A DNA stretch of 64,000 nt from Candidatus Eiseniibacteriota bacterium (GCA_963792585.1 CAWBWI010000006.1:800001-864000); one strand, 5' to 3'; numbered from the stretch's first letter, positions 32,091 through 42,978 are shown. The notes: generated from the sequence alone by a model not told the origin. A program made the numbers and translations.

Positions 32091-32112
32091 TCCGGCTTTC
32101 CGGAAAGGAGAC

Positions 32113-32144
32113 GGCGGCGCGGACCCTCACGAGTCCCCGCCGCC
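32113..32144. terminator. Hairpin between convergent genes
   Basis: GGCGGCGCGGAC-cctcacga-GTCCCCGCCGCC with one mismatch. Confidence 0.45.
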
Positions 32145-32169
32145 GCCCTTGGAATCGAACTCCTGCCCG

Positions 32170-35100
32170 CTACTCGAGCAGCATCATCTTCTTCGTCGCG
32201 GTCTCGCTCTCGGACTGGATCTTGTAGAGATAGATCCCGGATGGGACCGCGTGCCCCAGGTCGTCCCGGCCGTCCCAAACAACGGAATGCTCACCGGCCG
32301 ACAGGACGCCATCGACGAGACTGCGAATCGCACGCCCGCTCACGTCGAAGACCGTCAGCTGCGCCGCGCCGCCCACCGCCAATGAGAAGCGGACCGTCGT
32401 CCTCGGATTGAAGGGGTTGGGCCGGTTCTGATCGAGCGAGAAGTGCGCCGGCACGGACCCATCCGGCGCGTCCGCCCCGAGGAATCCCGTCGCGAGGATC
32501 GCGAAATCGTCCACGGCGGCCTCCACGATCGACTCACCGAGAACGTCCTGTGCGATGAAGCGCACCCTCACCTGGGTGGTCAACGGGATGTAGTCGCTCA
32601 AATCGAATTCCATCAGACGCCAGCTGCGGTCGCTGTCGGTCGTGTTCTCCAGATCGACCCAGCTCGACCCGTCGTTGGCGGACACCTGCACGATCCAGGC
32701 ATCTTCGTTCGGGTTGTTGGCCGTGTTGTTCGTGAACCAGCGGTAGTACCGCAAGACGACGATGCCATCGACATCCACGTTGATGCGAGGAGAGGTGACC
32801 GTGGTCCGCCCCCCGTCGACGTCGTTGGCGCCCTGACCCGCGCCCACGGCGGCGTTGCCGGTCACCCAGCACGAACGCCCCGGATCGGCGGTGTGGTCGC
32901 TCTCCGGCTGCACCGGATCACTCCCGCTGTAGGTTCCGTTCGGATCGACCCGGACCCACAGACCCGTTGTGGCGGTGTCGTTCGGACCGCCCACCGTCCA
33001 ACCTCGATCGAATTCCATGTCGTCGTCGAAGAGGGCGACCACGGGCTCGACGTAGAAGTGGTAGAGCTGCCCGGGCGCACCGGCGGGGCTCACGCCGATG
33101 TTGTCCCCCGTGTCCCGCGCCTGAATGTAGTACTCGACCAGCGTGTGCCAGGGCTGGCCGGGGATTTGCCCGATATAGACATTCGGCCCCTGGCTGGCGA
33201 GGCTGGTTGGAGTGAAGGCGCCACCGTTCGTGCGGTAGAACAGGGTCGCCTCCGCGAGCGGAGAGAAATCGGTGATCGTCGCCTGCGCGACATAGGGGCC
33301 GATCGTATCGCTGCGGCTCACGAGGACCGCGTGCAGGATCTGGGGGACCGAGATGTCCCGCAGCGAGAAGTTGACCTGCTCCGTCGATCCGGCCGCGATG
33401 ACGATCCCGCTCACCGAATCCGGGGCGAAACCAACGTGCGTCGCCCGCAGCGAGTAGGTCCCGGGAGCCTCCTGCGCGGAGTAGCTCCCATCGGCGCCCG
33501 TTGTGTACTGATGCCCGTTCTCGATCACGGTGATCGTCGATGCGGGAAGCGGAGCCTCGTTGGCCGACTGGTTACTGACGACTCCCGAGATGATCCCGGC
33601 GATCACCTCGCGTGTCGGAATGAAGCGGATGGCCCTTCCCGCCACGACCTGCGCGGCTCCCGGCGGATACTGGTTGAAGAAGGTGATCAGGATGCCGTCA
33701 TCCTGCAACTCGTTCTCGATGCCGACCGTCGCGTACCCGTCGGTATTGTCGGGGAAGCTGACCGTGTTGTACTGGAACAGGATCTCGCCATCCCCCGTCT
33801 CGGTCGGATGGTAGGCGGGATCGTACAAGATCATCTCGACGGTTTCAGTGGCGTTGCCGACCATGTTCTTCATCCGACTCCACTCGACAATGAAGGTGTG
33901 GTTGTCGGTGTCGTGCTTCGTCAGGATCTTCGAGGTGCCGCTCTGGATGTACAGGTCGTCCCAGAAGGCTGCGATCATCGCTTGCGGGCCGCCCGCGCCC
34001 GGGATCGTCCAGTTGCGGTACTCCTGATTGTATTGCGACCCCATCGCGAGCCATCCGTTGGAACAGAGGGTCGCCTTGTAGTAGGTGCCGCCGTAGTAGG
34101 TGAACGGGAACGGCAGATCGATCAACTTCGACTTGTCCTGCTGGTCGCCGTTGTCGGCGAGGTTGTGCTGTACGGCGTTCGGATCACCGTCGAGCTCGAT
34201 CCAGCTGTAGGTCGGCGCCTCCGGATAGGCGGTATCCGTGTTGTCGAATGCGTAGTAGCCGTACCGGTCCGGTCCGCACGGATCGGTCGTGGCGCGCGTC
34301 CCGATGGGGATCTCCACCGTGGTGGTGTCGATCGTTCCGTTCGAGAAGCTGAGGAGCACCTGGATCTTCCCCCGATACCCACGATACGTCTCGGGCGCGG
34401 CGTGAATCGTGAAGGTGTCGGCCGTGTTCTCCTCGATCGCGCCCACATTGATCGTGGCATAGGTGCCCAACCCGTCCGGCACGTCGATGAACTCGCTCTG
34501 TGTCAAAAGGGTCGCGGTCGGGTTGACTGCGGCCGCCCCGCCGAGATTGCGCAGGGAGATCTTGAGGGTTCCCGTCTCGCCGGGATCGAGCAGCCCGTTG
34601 CCGCCAACGTCTGTGAGTTGGAAGCTCTCCGCGACGAGATCGGCGGAAACGACGGTCACGTCGATGATGGAGTGATAGTTGTTGGACCCCGACTGCGCAT
34701 CCAAGTTGAGACGGACCGTCTGGCCGTGAGGACAGGCTCTCGCCACGCTGAAGATGAACGGGTCCGAGGCCGTTGCGGTTCCCCCCGCGGGAATGTCGCC
34801 GAAGATCACATCGGCGCGCGTGATCTGCACGTATGGATCGGCGGAGCTGATGTGGGCCGTCACGCCGGGCGCGAGCTGGGTGCCGAAGTTCTTCAACACC
34901 ACCGGCAGCTCGATCGTTTCGCCCGGATTGACCGACGCATCCCCGTTGCCTGAGCTTCCCCCGACACCATCGTCGTCGATCGTGGACCCGAAGTAGGAGA
35001 CATAGGCCGTGGCCCCGGCGACGGGGATCGACGCAAAGTAGGGGTAATGGTTGTGCTTGGTCACGGTGATCTTCAGATCGCCGGCCGTCGCAGCGTTGAC

Positions 35101-36999
35101 CGGCAGGTCGACGAAGCCCTGCGCATCGGTGAGCCCTGTAACGTAGATCTCGCTTCCCTTCCAGAGACAGACCTGCGCGTCCGCGATGGCGACATCCTGC
35201 TCCGTCATGACGGTGACGCCCACGGCGTTCGTGCCGATGGCCACGCTGGCGGGATGGCTGACGTTCATTGCGTCGGGATAGCCGGTGAAGCACTCGCCCG
35301 CCGGATCGCCCATGAGGTTGTTCCACTGCGACCAGATGACCACGCGGTTCGGGTCGACACCTTGATAGTTGGCGTAGAGCTCGTATTTCCCCCGCGTGAG
35401 CGCGGAGCCCATCGTGAAGAGATCCTGATAGGTCAGCCCATACATGATGCCGTAGTGGACGCAGTTGTTGAACCGCGTGTGAGTCCCCGTGGTGGCGGTC
35501 CCGATCGCGCCGAGACCTCCCTTCGGCGCGGTCGCAGTCCCCGCGCGGAGGAAGCCCTCGGACCGCGACGTCCCGCCGGAGAAGGAGCCGGTATCACAGG
35601 TGATCGTGACAACGAACGGCAGCTTCCAACCGTTGCTGAGGGCGTAGGTGTTGCTGTTCCCCCAGCCGCTCATCTGCCAGTAGCCTCGGTAGCTGAAGAT
35701 CGTGTCGCCGCGGTTCAGCGCGGTGGACATTTGACTGACGAAGTTGCCGCCGAAGATGGTGTCGATCTGGGTGTAGCCGATCTCCCTGAGGCGGTGCTTG
35801 ATCCACTGCTGGACTTGGATCGTGCTGATCCCCGAGGCGCCGGCGTCGCCGACCAGGCAAGCGCGCTTGAACCAGTCCGGATCCGACTGCACGTACGGCG
35901 CGCTTTCGTATCCGACGACCTTTGCGACCTCGGTCTCCAGTTCGGCCAGCGAGCTGATCGAGAGGCGGCCGATGTGCGCGTCGGCGAGGATGTCCCCGCC
36001 TTCGAGCTGCGTGTAGGGATGGTCCCCTTCCCCGTTGTAGCCGGAGAGGTTCTCGAACCAGGTCTGAATCGCAAAGCTGCCGTCCGCATCACCGACCAGG
36101 CAGATGTACTCGGGCGGATTCGGCCATGTGTTGTATGCGTTCTGTATCCAGTTCTTGATGCTGCTGGTGCTCGTCCCGGTTTGCGCGGTCGTCGCGAGGA
36201 CGACCGGAGATCCCTTGCGCGTGCGCCAGTCGACGAGGGGCTGCAACCGGGAGATCACGCCGTTGTCGTTCGGGCAGATGATCAGGTACGTCCCATTCTG
36301 GATGGTGACTCCCGCCGGCGGACCCGAGTAGTTGACAACAAGACCCCGGTAGAGCTGATCGAAGCTCGGCGCCATCGTGGACCGGTGGATCGTGCGGACG
36401 TTCTCCTCGCTCTTACCCTGGAAGCTCACGTCGACCCGCATCCGCTCGGCGACGCGGAGCGTCCCGGTGGAGGGGTTGTAGCGAACCGGATGGAACTTCA
36501 AGCTCACGAGGCGCAGATCACGGGCGATCGCGGGGCTGCCGGCCTTCACTGCCGGCGCCTCATCGAACCCGTTGTGCGCATACGACGCCGCATCGAGAGC
36601 GAATGCGCCTCCCGGCTCGTCCGACTGCATCGGGACGACGCGGTAGCCGGCCAGATCTTCCTCCGCCTCGGGGACAACCGTGACCGACACCGCGGCGTCG
36701 TCGGGGATCGCGAGCAGCCTGCTGAACGTGGGCAGGGCCGGCGACCCGATATCGCCCTCCACGATCCCGCCCGGGATCGTCACCATCTGGAACGCTTCGG
36801 TCCCATTGGTGACTTCCTCGACCGTCAACGTGGGCATCTCGAATACGAGACTCACCCCGCGGCTGTCCGAGGAAATGACCCGAATCTGCGGGAGATCCTC
36901 GGGTTTGTCGGAGGGGGTGGTGCGGATCGTCGGCGCACCCTGGGCCACCGTCGCGGAGATCAGGATGCAGACCAGACCAAGGGCAGAAAGCAGACGCAT
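32170..36999 (-). CDS. Gingipain-like C25 cysteine peptidase with propeptide, Ig/carboxypeptidase-regulatory-like domains and a FlgD-Ig C-terminal domain
   Basis: GGAGG RBS before ATG 36999; signal peptide; G.P.LP propeptide; YICLVGD, HIGRLS, ITCDTG, NLMGDP; C-terminal QNRPNPFNP..WDGRD..SGIYLY..KKMMLLE. Confidence 0.9.
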   Translation of the reverse strand: MRLLSALGLVCILISATVAQGAPTIRTTPSDKPEDLPQIRVISSDSRGVSLVFEMPTLTVEEVTNGTEAFQMVTIPGGIVEGDIGSPALPTFSRLLAIPDDAAVSVTVVPEAEEDLAGYRVVPMQSDEPGGAFALDAASYAHNGFDEAPAVKAGSPAIARDLRLVSLKFHPVRYNPSTGTLRVAERMRVDVSFQGKSEENVRTIHRSTMAPSFDQLYRGLVVNYSGPPAGVTIQNGTYLIICPNDNGVISRLQPLVDWRTRKGSPVVLATTAQTGTSTSSIKNWIQNAYNTWPNPPEYICLVGDADGSFAIQTWFENLSGYNGEGDHPYTQLEGGDILADAHIGRLSISSLAELETEVAKVVGYESAPYVQSDPDWFKRACLVGDAGASGISTIQVQQWIKHRLREIGYTQIDTIFGGNFVSQMSTALNRGDTIFSYRGYWQMSGWGNSNTYALSNGWKLPFVVTITCDTGSFSGGTSRSEGFLRAGTATAPKGGLGAIGTATTGTHTRFNNCVHYGIMYGLTYQDLFTMGSALTRGKYELYANYQGVDPNRVVIWSQWNNLMGDPAGECFTGYPDAMNVSHPASVAIGTNAVGVTVMTEQDVAIADAQVCLWKGSEIYVTGLTDAQGFVDLPVNAATAGDLKITVTKHNHYPYFASIPVAGATAYVSYFGSTIDDDGVGGSSGNGDASVNPGETIELPVVLKNFGTQLAPGVTAHISSADPYVQITRADVIFGDIPAGGTATASDPFIFSVARACPHGQTVRLNLDAQSGSNNYHSIIDVTVVSADLVAESFQLTDVGGNGLLDPGETGTLKISLRNLGGAAAVNPTATLLTQSEFIDVPDGLGTYATINVGAIEENTADTFTIHAAPETYRGYRGKIQVLLSFSNGTIDTTTVEIPIGTRATTDPCGPDRYGYYAFDNTDTAYPEAPTYSWIELDGDPNAVQHNLADNGDQQDKSKLIDLPFPFTYYGGTYYKATLCSNGWLAMGSQYNQEYRNWTIPGAGGPQAMIAAFWDDLYIQSGTSKILTKHDTDNHTFIVEWSRMKNMVGNATETVEMILYDPAYHPTETGDGEILFQYNTVSFPDNTDGYATVGIENELQDDGILITFFNQYPPGAAQVVAGRAIRFIPTREVIAGIISGVVSNQSANEAPLPASTITVIENGHQYTTGADGSYSAQEAPGTYSLRATHVGFAPDSVSGIVIAAGSTEQVNFSLRDISVPQILHAVLVSRSDTIGPYVAQATITDFSPLAEATLFYRTNGGAFTPTSLASQGPNVYIGQIPGQPWHTLVEYYIQARDTGDNIGVSPAGAPGQLYHFYVEPVVALFDDDMEFDRGWTVGGPNDTATTGLWVRVDPNGTYSGSDPVQPESDHTADPGRSCWVTGNAAVGAGQGANDVDGGRTTVTSPRINVDVDGIVVLRYYRWFTNNTANNPNEDAWIVQVSANDGSSWVDLENTTDSDRSWRLMEFDLSDYIPLTTQVRVRFIAQDVLGESIVEAAVDDFAILATGFLGADAPDGSVPAHFSLDQNRPNPFNPRTTVRFSLAVGGAAQLTVFDVSGRAIRSLVDGVLSAGEHSVVWDGRDDLGHAVPSGIYLYKIQSESETATKKMMLLE

Positions 37000-37191
37000 C
37001 GGTTCCTCCAGAATTCCTAATGGGAAGATGCGGGAGTGAAGCTTCAAGAAGATGTAACCCCTCTATCCATGGGTCGACACGGCCATTCCTATAGTACTCC
37101 TTTCGATCGGCTTGGGGAAGAAGTGGCCGCGAACCGGGGCGTTCAGGATCGTCCCGCAGTGGGTTTCCGGCTCGTCCCAAAGGCCGCAACA

Positions 37192-37200
37192 TGCTATAAT
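37192..37200 (+). promoter_or_regulatory. Extended -10 promoter element
   Basis: TGcTATAAT 47 nt upstream of ATG 37247. Confidence 0.6.
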
Positions 37201-37246
37201 TTGGGTGCTTCGGTCCAGGGCCTGAAACAACTGCGAGGAGCCATCT

Positions 37247-38902
37247 ATGAACCGCATATCTGCTGTCGTGCTTGTCCTGATTCTGTTCGCCGTGCCGGCA
37301 GGCGCAGTCACCCGTAACGTTCCGGGGGACTATCCGACCATTCAAGCGGCCGTCAACGCCTCCAATGCCGGAGACGTCGTCCAGGTCGCGGCCGGGACCT
37401 ATGGGGATGTAACGCATCAGCCGGGCAATGGCGACACGACACGGTGCGCCGTGATCATGAAATCAGGAATCACCATCGACGGCGCGGGCCCCGGGCAGAC
37501 GATCATCAATGCCGACTCCCTCGGCCGGGGAATTCACTGCCAGCGGGTCACGAACGTGACGATCCGCGACCTCACGATCCGGAGGGCCTATGCCCCCGTC
37601 CACGGCGCAGGCATCTTCATGAGGGATACCTCCACGGTGGCGGTCTTCAATTGCGAGATCAAGGACTGCTTCGACGGCGGCGTGATCTACCTCAATGGCT
37701 GCTCCGGCACGCTCAACTTGTGCACGATCACCAACAACCTCTCCAAGCAAGGTGGCGGGGTGGCGATCGAGGATAACTGCAGCCCCATCGTCAACAACTG
37801 CACGATCTCGGGCAATCAGGCCCCCGTGGCCGGAGGCCTCTTCATTCGCGCCTTCTGCGCGCCCCGGATCGAGAACTGCACGATTTCGAACAACCAACTG
37901 AACTCGGCCAACGGCGCGGGAGGCGGGGTCGCCGTCCTGAACAGCGCCCCCATTTTCATCAATACGAAGATCCTGAACAACGTGGGCGACGGGATCGGCG
38001 GCGGGATCGAGATCGTCGACAGCGCGGACGTAACGATGAGCGGGTGCACGATTCAGGGCAATTCGACGAGCGCGGCATACGGCCCCGGCGGCGGCGTCTA
38101 CCTCGAGTTCTCCAGCCTGGCCATGACCAATTGCCTGATCAGCCGCAATACGATGGCTGGCAGCGGCTCTGACGGCGCCGGGATCTTCGCCTTCTTCGCT
38201 AACACGATCACCCTGAGCCAGGTGACGATCGCGGCCAACGCCAACAACAGCGGCCAGGCCGGGGGCGCGGGCGGAATCGCCGTCTGGTTCGGATCTCCGA
38301 CGATCTCCAAGTCGATCATCGCGTTCAACAGTCCGGGAGCAGCGCTCGTTTGCCTCGACGGCGGCGACAATCCCACCGTCTCCTGCTCCGACATCTATGG
38401 GAACCAGGGCGGCAACGCGATCTGCGGGACGGACGGGGGTCACAACTTCTCCCTCGATCCGTTGTTCTGCGACCTGGCGAACAACAACTTCCGGCTCCAG
38501 ATGACCTCTCCCTGCTACCCGGGACATCATCCGGACGGCGGGTTCGCGTGCAACAGGGACCGGATCGGCGGCGTCGACCCGGGCTGCAATCCCGCCGACG
38601 CGGACGAAGCCGCCGCGATCCCGGCGGAGACGCGTCTTATCCGCAACCTGCCAAACCCGTTCCATCCTCCCACGACGATCGAATATGAAGTCGCTCGGGC
38701 CGGGCACGTCGTCCTGCGGATATTCGACGTCTCGGGCCGTCAGATCCGGAGCCTGGAGAATCGGGACCTGCCGGCGGGCCGTTACACGGCCCAGTGGGAC
38801 GGGCGCGACGAGGACGGCAAGGCCGTCTCGAGCGGCGTCTACTTCTACCGGCTGAGAGTCAACGGCGCCGAAGCGACGCGCCGGATGGTCCTGACCCGAT
38901 AA
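37247..38902 (+). CDS. Secreted right-handed beta-helix repeat protein with FlgD-Ig C-terminal domain
   Basis: GAGGAG RBS; signal peptide; VPGDYPTIQAAV; repeated NCTISxN..GGG; DPLFCD..SPC; PNPF..WDGRD..SSGVYFY. Confidence 0.9.
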   Translation: MNRISAVVLVLILFAVPAGAVTRNVPGDYPTIQAAVNASNAGDVVQVAAGTYGDVTHQPGNGDTTRCAVIMKSGITIDGAGPGQTIINADSLGRGIHCQRVTNVTIRDLTIRRAYAPVHGAGIFMRDTSTVAVFNCEIKDCFDGGVIYLNGCSGTLNLCTITNNLSKQGGGVAIEDNCSPIVNNCTISGNQAPVAGGLFIRAFCAPRIENCTISNNQLNSANGAGGGVAVLNSAPIFINTKILNNVGDGIGGGIEIVDSADVTMSGCTIQGNSTSAAYGPGGGVYLEFSSLAMTNCLISRNTMAGSGSDGAGIFAFFANTITLSQVTIAANANNSGQAGGAGGIAVWFGSPTISKSIIAFNSPGAALVCLDGGDNPTVSCSDIYGNQGGNAICGTDGGHNFSLDPLFCDLANNNFRLQMTSPCYPGHHPDGGFACNRDRIGGVDPGCNPADADEAAAIPAETRLIRNLPNPFHPPTTIEYEVARAGHVVLRIFDVSGRQIRSLENRDLPAGRYTAQWDGRDEDGKAVSSGVYFYRLRVNGAEATRRMVLTR

Positions 38903-38919
38903 TCTCGGAAGTCACCCCA

Positions 38920-38962
38920 CGCCCCCCGCATCCGGTCGGATCGCGGGGGGCGCTGCTTTTTT
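38920..38962 (+). terminator. Rho-independent terminator
   Basis: CGCCCCCCGC-ATCCG..CGGAT-(C)GCGGGGGGCG stem followed by CTGCTTTTTT. Confidence 0.75.
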
Positions 38963-39059
38963 ATCTTCTTGCGGCGCTTGATGGTATCATCGGGAACGCG
39001 ACCGGACCGCTGCGACGGTGGATGGCGGGTTGGGGCTTGTTGGACACATGGGAGGAGCG

Positions 39060-42000
39060 ATGCGGACCATCCTGATCCTGTCGGTAATGCTGTCACTGGC
39101 GACCGCCGCGGTCGCCGTCGAAATTGCGGGGCCACCCGCCGGTTCGGCGATTCACTGCACTGCGCAAGTCTCGTCGGGGCGGACCATCTTGACCCTTCAG
39201 GATGACGCCAGCAGTCCCTTTGCGGATGCAATCTCGCGGCTCGTGGTCCTCCCCCCGGAGGGGACGCCGCGGGTCCGTCTTCTCTCGACCGATGACGGCG
39301 ACGATCCCCCGATCGACGTGACGACGGGACCGCCGATGATCCTGCGGGGCCTTCGCGTTCTCCCCGTGACGATCACCGCGCGCGCATCGGAGTCCGGCAA
39401 GACGAGCGAACCGATGCCGCACACGATTCAGATCGATGTGCGCTGCGACGAGGCGGGCGCGTCGACCGCGATCGACTCCCCCGCGCTTCGGTTCAGCCGC
39501 GGGTTCTTCGAACCGCTCGCCGGGGTGATCGCGCCCGAGCAGCTCGCAATGATTCCCGCGACCGCCGAAGGCACCTACCTGATCGTGACCGATCCCCAGT
39601 TCCTTGCGGCGGTGGAGCCGTTCGCCGCCTGGAAGCGGGCCAAAGGGCTGGATGTGGTCGTCGTCACGACCGACGTGACCGGTCACCAGAACAACGAGAT
39701 CCGCAACTACATCCAGGGTCTCTATGACTCCCAGACGCCGCCCCAGTATGTCCTTCTGGTCGGCGACACGCCCGACGCCTCGTTCAACGGCGGAGTCCCC
39801 GGCTTCGACTTCGCGGGAACGATCTCGGATCTCCCGTTCAGCTTGATGGACGGTGACGACTTCCTTCCCGATCTACTCGTGGGACGCCTCTCCGCCCGGT
39901 CTCTGGAGCAGGCTCAGACAATCGTCGCGAAGATCCTCCGGCACGAGCAAAACCCCTACACGGAGGAAGGGACCGACTGGTTCCAGCGCGGTCTCGTCGT
40001 CGCGGCCGACTACGCCTCCTCCACACCGGTCCCGGTGTCCCGGTGGTGCCGCAATCAACTCCTGGACCTGGGATACGCCGCGGTCGACTCGGTTTACTTC
40101 CCGCCGCATTGGGGCACGGGCGCGATCCTCATTCCTAGATCGATCAACGCCGGCGTTTCGGTCGTGAGTTACCGCGGTTGGGCGTACGGGATCTTCGGGT
40201 GGGAACCGCCCCACTTCACCCTGACCGAGATCGCCGGCCTCACCAACGGCTGGAAGCTTCCGGTCGTCTTCAGCTTCGTCTGCCAGAACAACGACTTCAA
40301 GGAGCCCGAGTGCTTCGGGGAGGCATGGATTCGCGCCGGCACGGCGACGGAACCCAAGGGCGCGGTGGCTTTCGTCGGGAATAGCGAACCGTGGTCGCAC
40401 ACCCGTTTCAACGACGCGGCAGCGATCGGCGCCTTCGAGGCGATGTCCTCGGGCACCCGCCGGATGGGCGAGATCCTCACATCGTTCAAGATGGGGTGGC
40501 TCACCCAGTTCCCGGCCGAGGTCCCCTTCAGCGGCGATGGGAAGGAATCGGTCGAGTACTACTTCTACATCTACAGCCTGCTCGGCGATCCGGAGATGGA
40601 GATGTGGATGGCTCCCCCCCGGCCCATCACGGTCTCCTATGCCAATCCTCTCCCGATCGGCGGCAACTTCCTGGATGTCTCCGTCACCACCTCGGGCGAT
40701 CCGGTCGCGGGAGTCCGCGTCGGGCTGACCCAGAACGGGGCTCGAATCGGGAGCGGATGGACGGATGCTTCGGGAATCGCCCACGTCCCGGCCGCGCTCG
40801 CAACGGCCGGCGAGGTCATCGTCACGGTCACCGGAAAGGGCGTGGCCCCGTTCGGCGGAACGGCCGAAGTGCAGGCGGGCCTGCCGTTCCTCTCGGTCCA
40901 GTCGACCGGGATCGATGACGACGGCCAGGGCGCCAGCTCGGGCAACGGAGACCTCGTCGCCAACCCCGGAGAGACGATCGAGCTCCTCGTGAGCCTCCGA
41001 AATCAGGGATCCACGGCCGCAACGGGAGTGCAAGGGACGCTCTCACCCGTCGGAGGAATCTCCATCATTTCGGGCGCGGCCGACTTCCCGGACATCCCCG
41101 CCGGCGGAACGGCAGCGAGCAGCTCGCCCTTCGTCGTGCGCGTCGATGCCGGCGCCGAGAACGGCCTCGTGGGGCGTCTGCGCCTCGATGTCGGGGCCGG
41201 AGCGATTCACTCCGTCTCCGACCTGGTTCTCGATGTGGTTGCCGCCGATCTCATCGCGGCTCAGGTTGTCGTCGACGGCGACGGCGTGCTGGATCCGGGC
41301 GAAGAGGGAAACCTGAGTGTTTCCTTCCGGAACGCGGGAGCCGTCCCGACCGGAACCATGTCCGGCATCCTGCGAACCAGCACCCCCGACCTCGTCGCTC
41401 TGGTCGATTCCACCGCCGACTATGCTTCGATCCCGTCAGGTGAACTCGGCGGGCTCGTCAACGCATTCCGCCTGAGGGTGGCTCCGGACGCCGGGATCGG
41501 GCGTGTGGCCGTGCTCCGAGCGATCCTGACGTGCGGGGGCGGCCAGATCATCGAGACGTCCTTCTCGGTGTCGATCGGCAGCGTCGACCACAGCGCCCCG
41601 TTGGGTCCCGACGCGTTCGGCTATTACGCCTACGACAACAGCGACACGGACTATCCGGCCGGCGCCCCGACGTTTGACTGGGTGACCTGCTCGACGGTCT
41701 ACGGCGGGCAGGGGACGAAGCTGTCGCTGGCAGACAATCAGGTCGCCGTCGTCGACTTGCCCTTCCCGTTCACCTACTACGGGAGCTCCTACGACCGGAT
41801 CGCCGTGAGCGACAACGGGTGGGTCTCGTTCGATACCTCGACCTACTACGACTACTACAACTGGCACATGCCCAACATCTACGGCAACGGCGCCCAGATC
41901 GCCCCGTTCTGGGACAACCTGGACCCGATGAAGAAGCGGTACGGGGTCGGAATCGCGGACGGGGTCTATACCTGGTTCGATGAAGCACACCATCGATTCG

Positions 42001-42866
42001 TGATCGAGTGGAGTCGCATGCCCAACTTCAACCCGAACTTCGACGAGCTGCAGACCTTCGAGCTGATCATCGAGGATCCGCAATACCACCCGACCGGTTC
42101 GGGAAACGGGAGTTTTCTGTTCCAGTACAAGCAGGTCACGAACAACGACAGCGACCGCATGTTCGCAACGGTCGGGATCGAGAGCGCGGCCGAGGATGTC
42201 GGGCTCGAGTACACCTACTCGAACCTCTATCCGGGCGCCTGCTCGCCGTTGGGATCGGGCCTGGCGATCCGCTTCGCGACCGATCCCCCGCGCTATGACC
42301 CGGCGAAGCTTCGCACCTTCTCCGCCCGAGAGTTCGGCTCCGGCATTGTGCTGTCCTGGGAGCCGTCCGACGATCGCCCGCGAAGCGGATACCGCGTGTA
42401 TCGCGGACCGGTGGACGGCGGCTACGGGCTGCTCACGGAATCCCCGATAGAGGCTTCGTCGAGATCGTTCGTCGACACGATGGCCGATCCCGACTCCAGT
42501 TACTCCTACCGGATCGGATCCCTGGATCCGTTTGGTCGGGAGACCCTGCTAGGGCCGTTCCCATACCTGGGGCGCGGGGCGGCCGGTCCGACGCTCGCCC
42601 TCGACACACGGACGCCGAACCCGTTCAAGGGTGTGGTCGACCTGACCTATGCGCTGCCCCGACGGGGAATCGTCGAACTTCGCGTCCACGATCTCTCGGG
42701 CCGCCTCGTCCGGACCCTGCTGAGCGGAACGGCGGACGCAGGGCTATGGACGACGAGTTGGGACGGGAAGGACGACGCGGGCCGCGATCTCCCGAGCGGG
42801 ATCTACCTCTGCAGGCTGAGCGCGGGAAGGGAATACCGAAACCTCAAGCTGACGCTCCTTCGATGA
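39060..42866 (+). CDS. Second gingipain-like C25 cysteine peptidase with FlgD-Ig C-terminal domain
   Basis: GGAGGAG RBS; signal peptide; YVLLVGD, LVGRLS, FVCQNN, CFGEAWIR, LLGDP; shares GPD.FGYYAYDN.D with the 32170 paralog; PNPF..WDGKD..SGIYL. Confidence 0.9.
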   Translation: MRTILILSVMLSLATAAVAVEIAGPPAGSAIHCTAQVSSGRTILTLQDDASSPFADAISRLVVLPPEGTPRVRLLSTDDGDDPPIDVTTGPPMILRGLRVLPVTITARASESGKTSEPMPHTIQIDVRCDEAGASTAIDSPALRFSRGFFEPLAGVIAPEQLAMIPATAEGTYLIVTDPQFLAAVEPFAAWKRAKGLDVVVVTTDVTGHQNNEIRNYIQGLYDSQTPPQYVLLVGDTPDASFNGGVPGFDFAGTISDLPFSLMDGDDFLPDLLVGRLSARSLEQAQTIVAKILRHEQNPYTEEGTDWFQRGLVVAADYASSTPVPVSRWCRNQLLDLGYAAVDSVYFPPHWGTGAILIPRSINAGVSVVSYRGWAYGIFGWEPPHFTLTEIAGLTNGWKLPVVFSFVCQNNDFKEPECFGEAWIRAGTATEPKGAVAFVGNSEPWSHTRFNDAAAIGAFEAMSSGTRRMGEILTSFKMGWLTQFPAEVPFSGDGKESVEYYFYIYSLLGDPEMEMWMAPPRPITVSYANPLPIGGNFLDVSVTTSGDPVAGVRVGLTQNGARIGSGWTDASGIAHVPAALATAGEVIVTVTGKGVAPFGGTAEVQAGLPFLSVQSTGIDDDGQGASSGNGDLVANPGETIELLVSLRNQGSTAATGVQGTLSPVGGISIISGAADFPDIPAGGTAASSSPFVVRVDAGAENGLVGRLRLDVGAGAIHSVSDLVLDVVAADLIAAQVVVDGDGVLDPGEEGNLSVSFRNAGAVPTGTMSGILRTSTPDLVALVDSTADYASIPSGELGGLVNAFRLRVAPDAGIGRVAVLRAILTCGGGQIIETSFSVSIGSVDHSAPLGPDAFGYYAYDNSDTDYPAGAPTFDWVTCSTVYGGQGTKLSLADNQVAVVDLPFPFTYYGSSYDRIAVSDNGWVSFDTSTYYDYYNWHMPNIYGNGAQIAPFWDNLDPMKKRYGVGIADGVYTWFDEAHHRFVIEWSRMPNFNPNFDELQTFELIIEDPQYHPTGSGNGSFLFQYKQVTNNDSDRMFATVGIESAAEDVGLEYTYSNLYPGACSPLGSGLAIRFATDPPRYDPAKLRTFSAREFGSGIVLSWEPSDDRPRSGYRVYRGPVDGGYGLLTESPIEASSRSFVDTMADPDSSYSYRIGSLDPFGRETLLGPFPYLGRGAAGPTLALDTRTPNPFKGVVDLTYALPRRGIVELRVHDLSGRLVRTLLSGTADAGLWTTSWDGKDDAGRDLPSGIYLCRLSAGREYRNLKLTLLR

Positions 42867-42912
42867 GCCCGCCGGACTGACCGGGGCCGGGAGCGCATAT
42901 CGACAATGACTT

Positions 42913-42940
42913 GGGGCGGACCGCGCAGGCGGCCCGCCCC
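42913..42940 (-). terminator. Hairpin between the convergent C25 and STAS genes
   Basis: On the minus strand GGGGCGGGCCGC-ctgc-GCGGTCCGCCCC is a full stem with one G-U pair. Confidence 0.5.
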
Positions 42941-42978
42941 GATTCGTTGAAGCCCCCTGGCCATGATGCGCCGGGAGC

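Noticed and set aside
32443..37020. Long antisense ORFs (836 aa and 657 aa here, and similar ones elsewhere)
   Set aside because: Shadow frames of well-supported genes on the opposite strand, typical of high-GC DNA.
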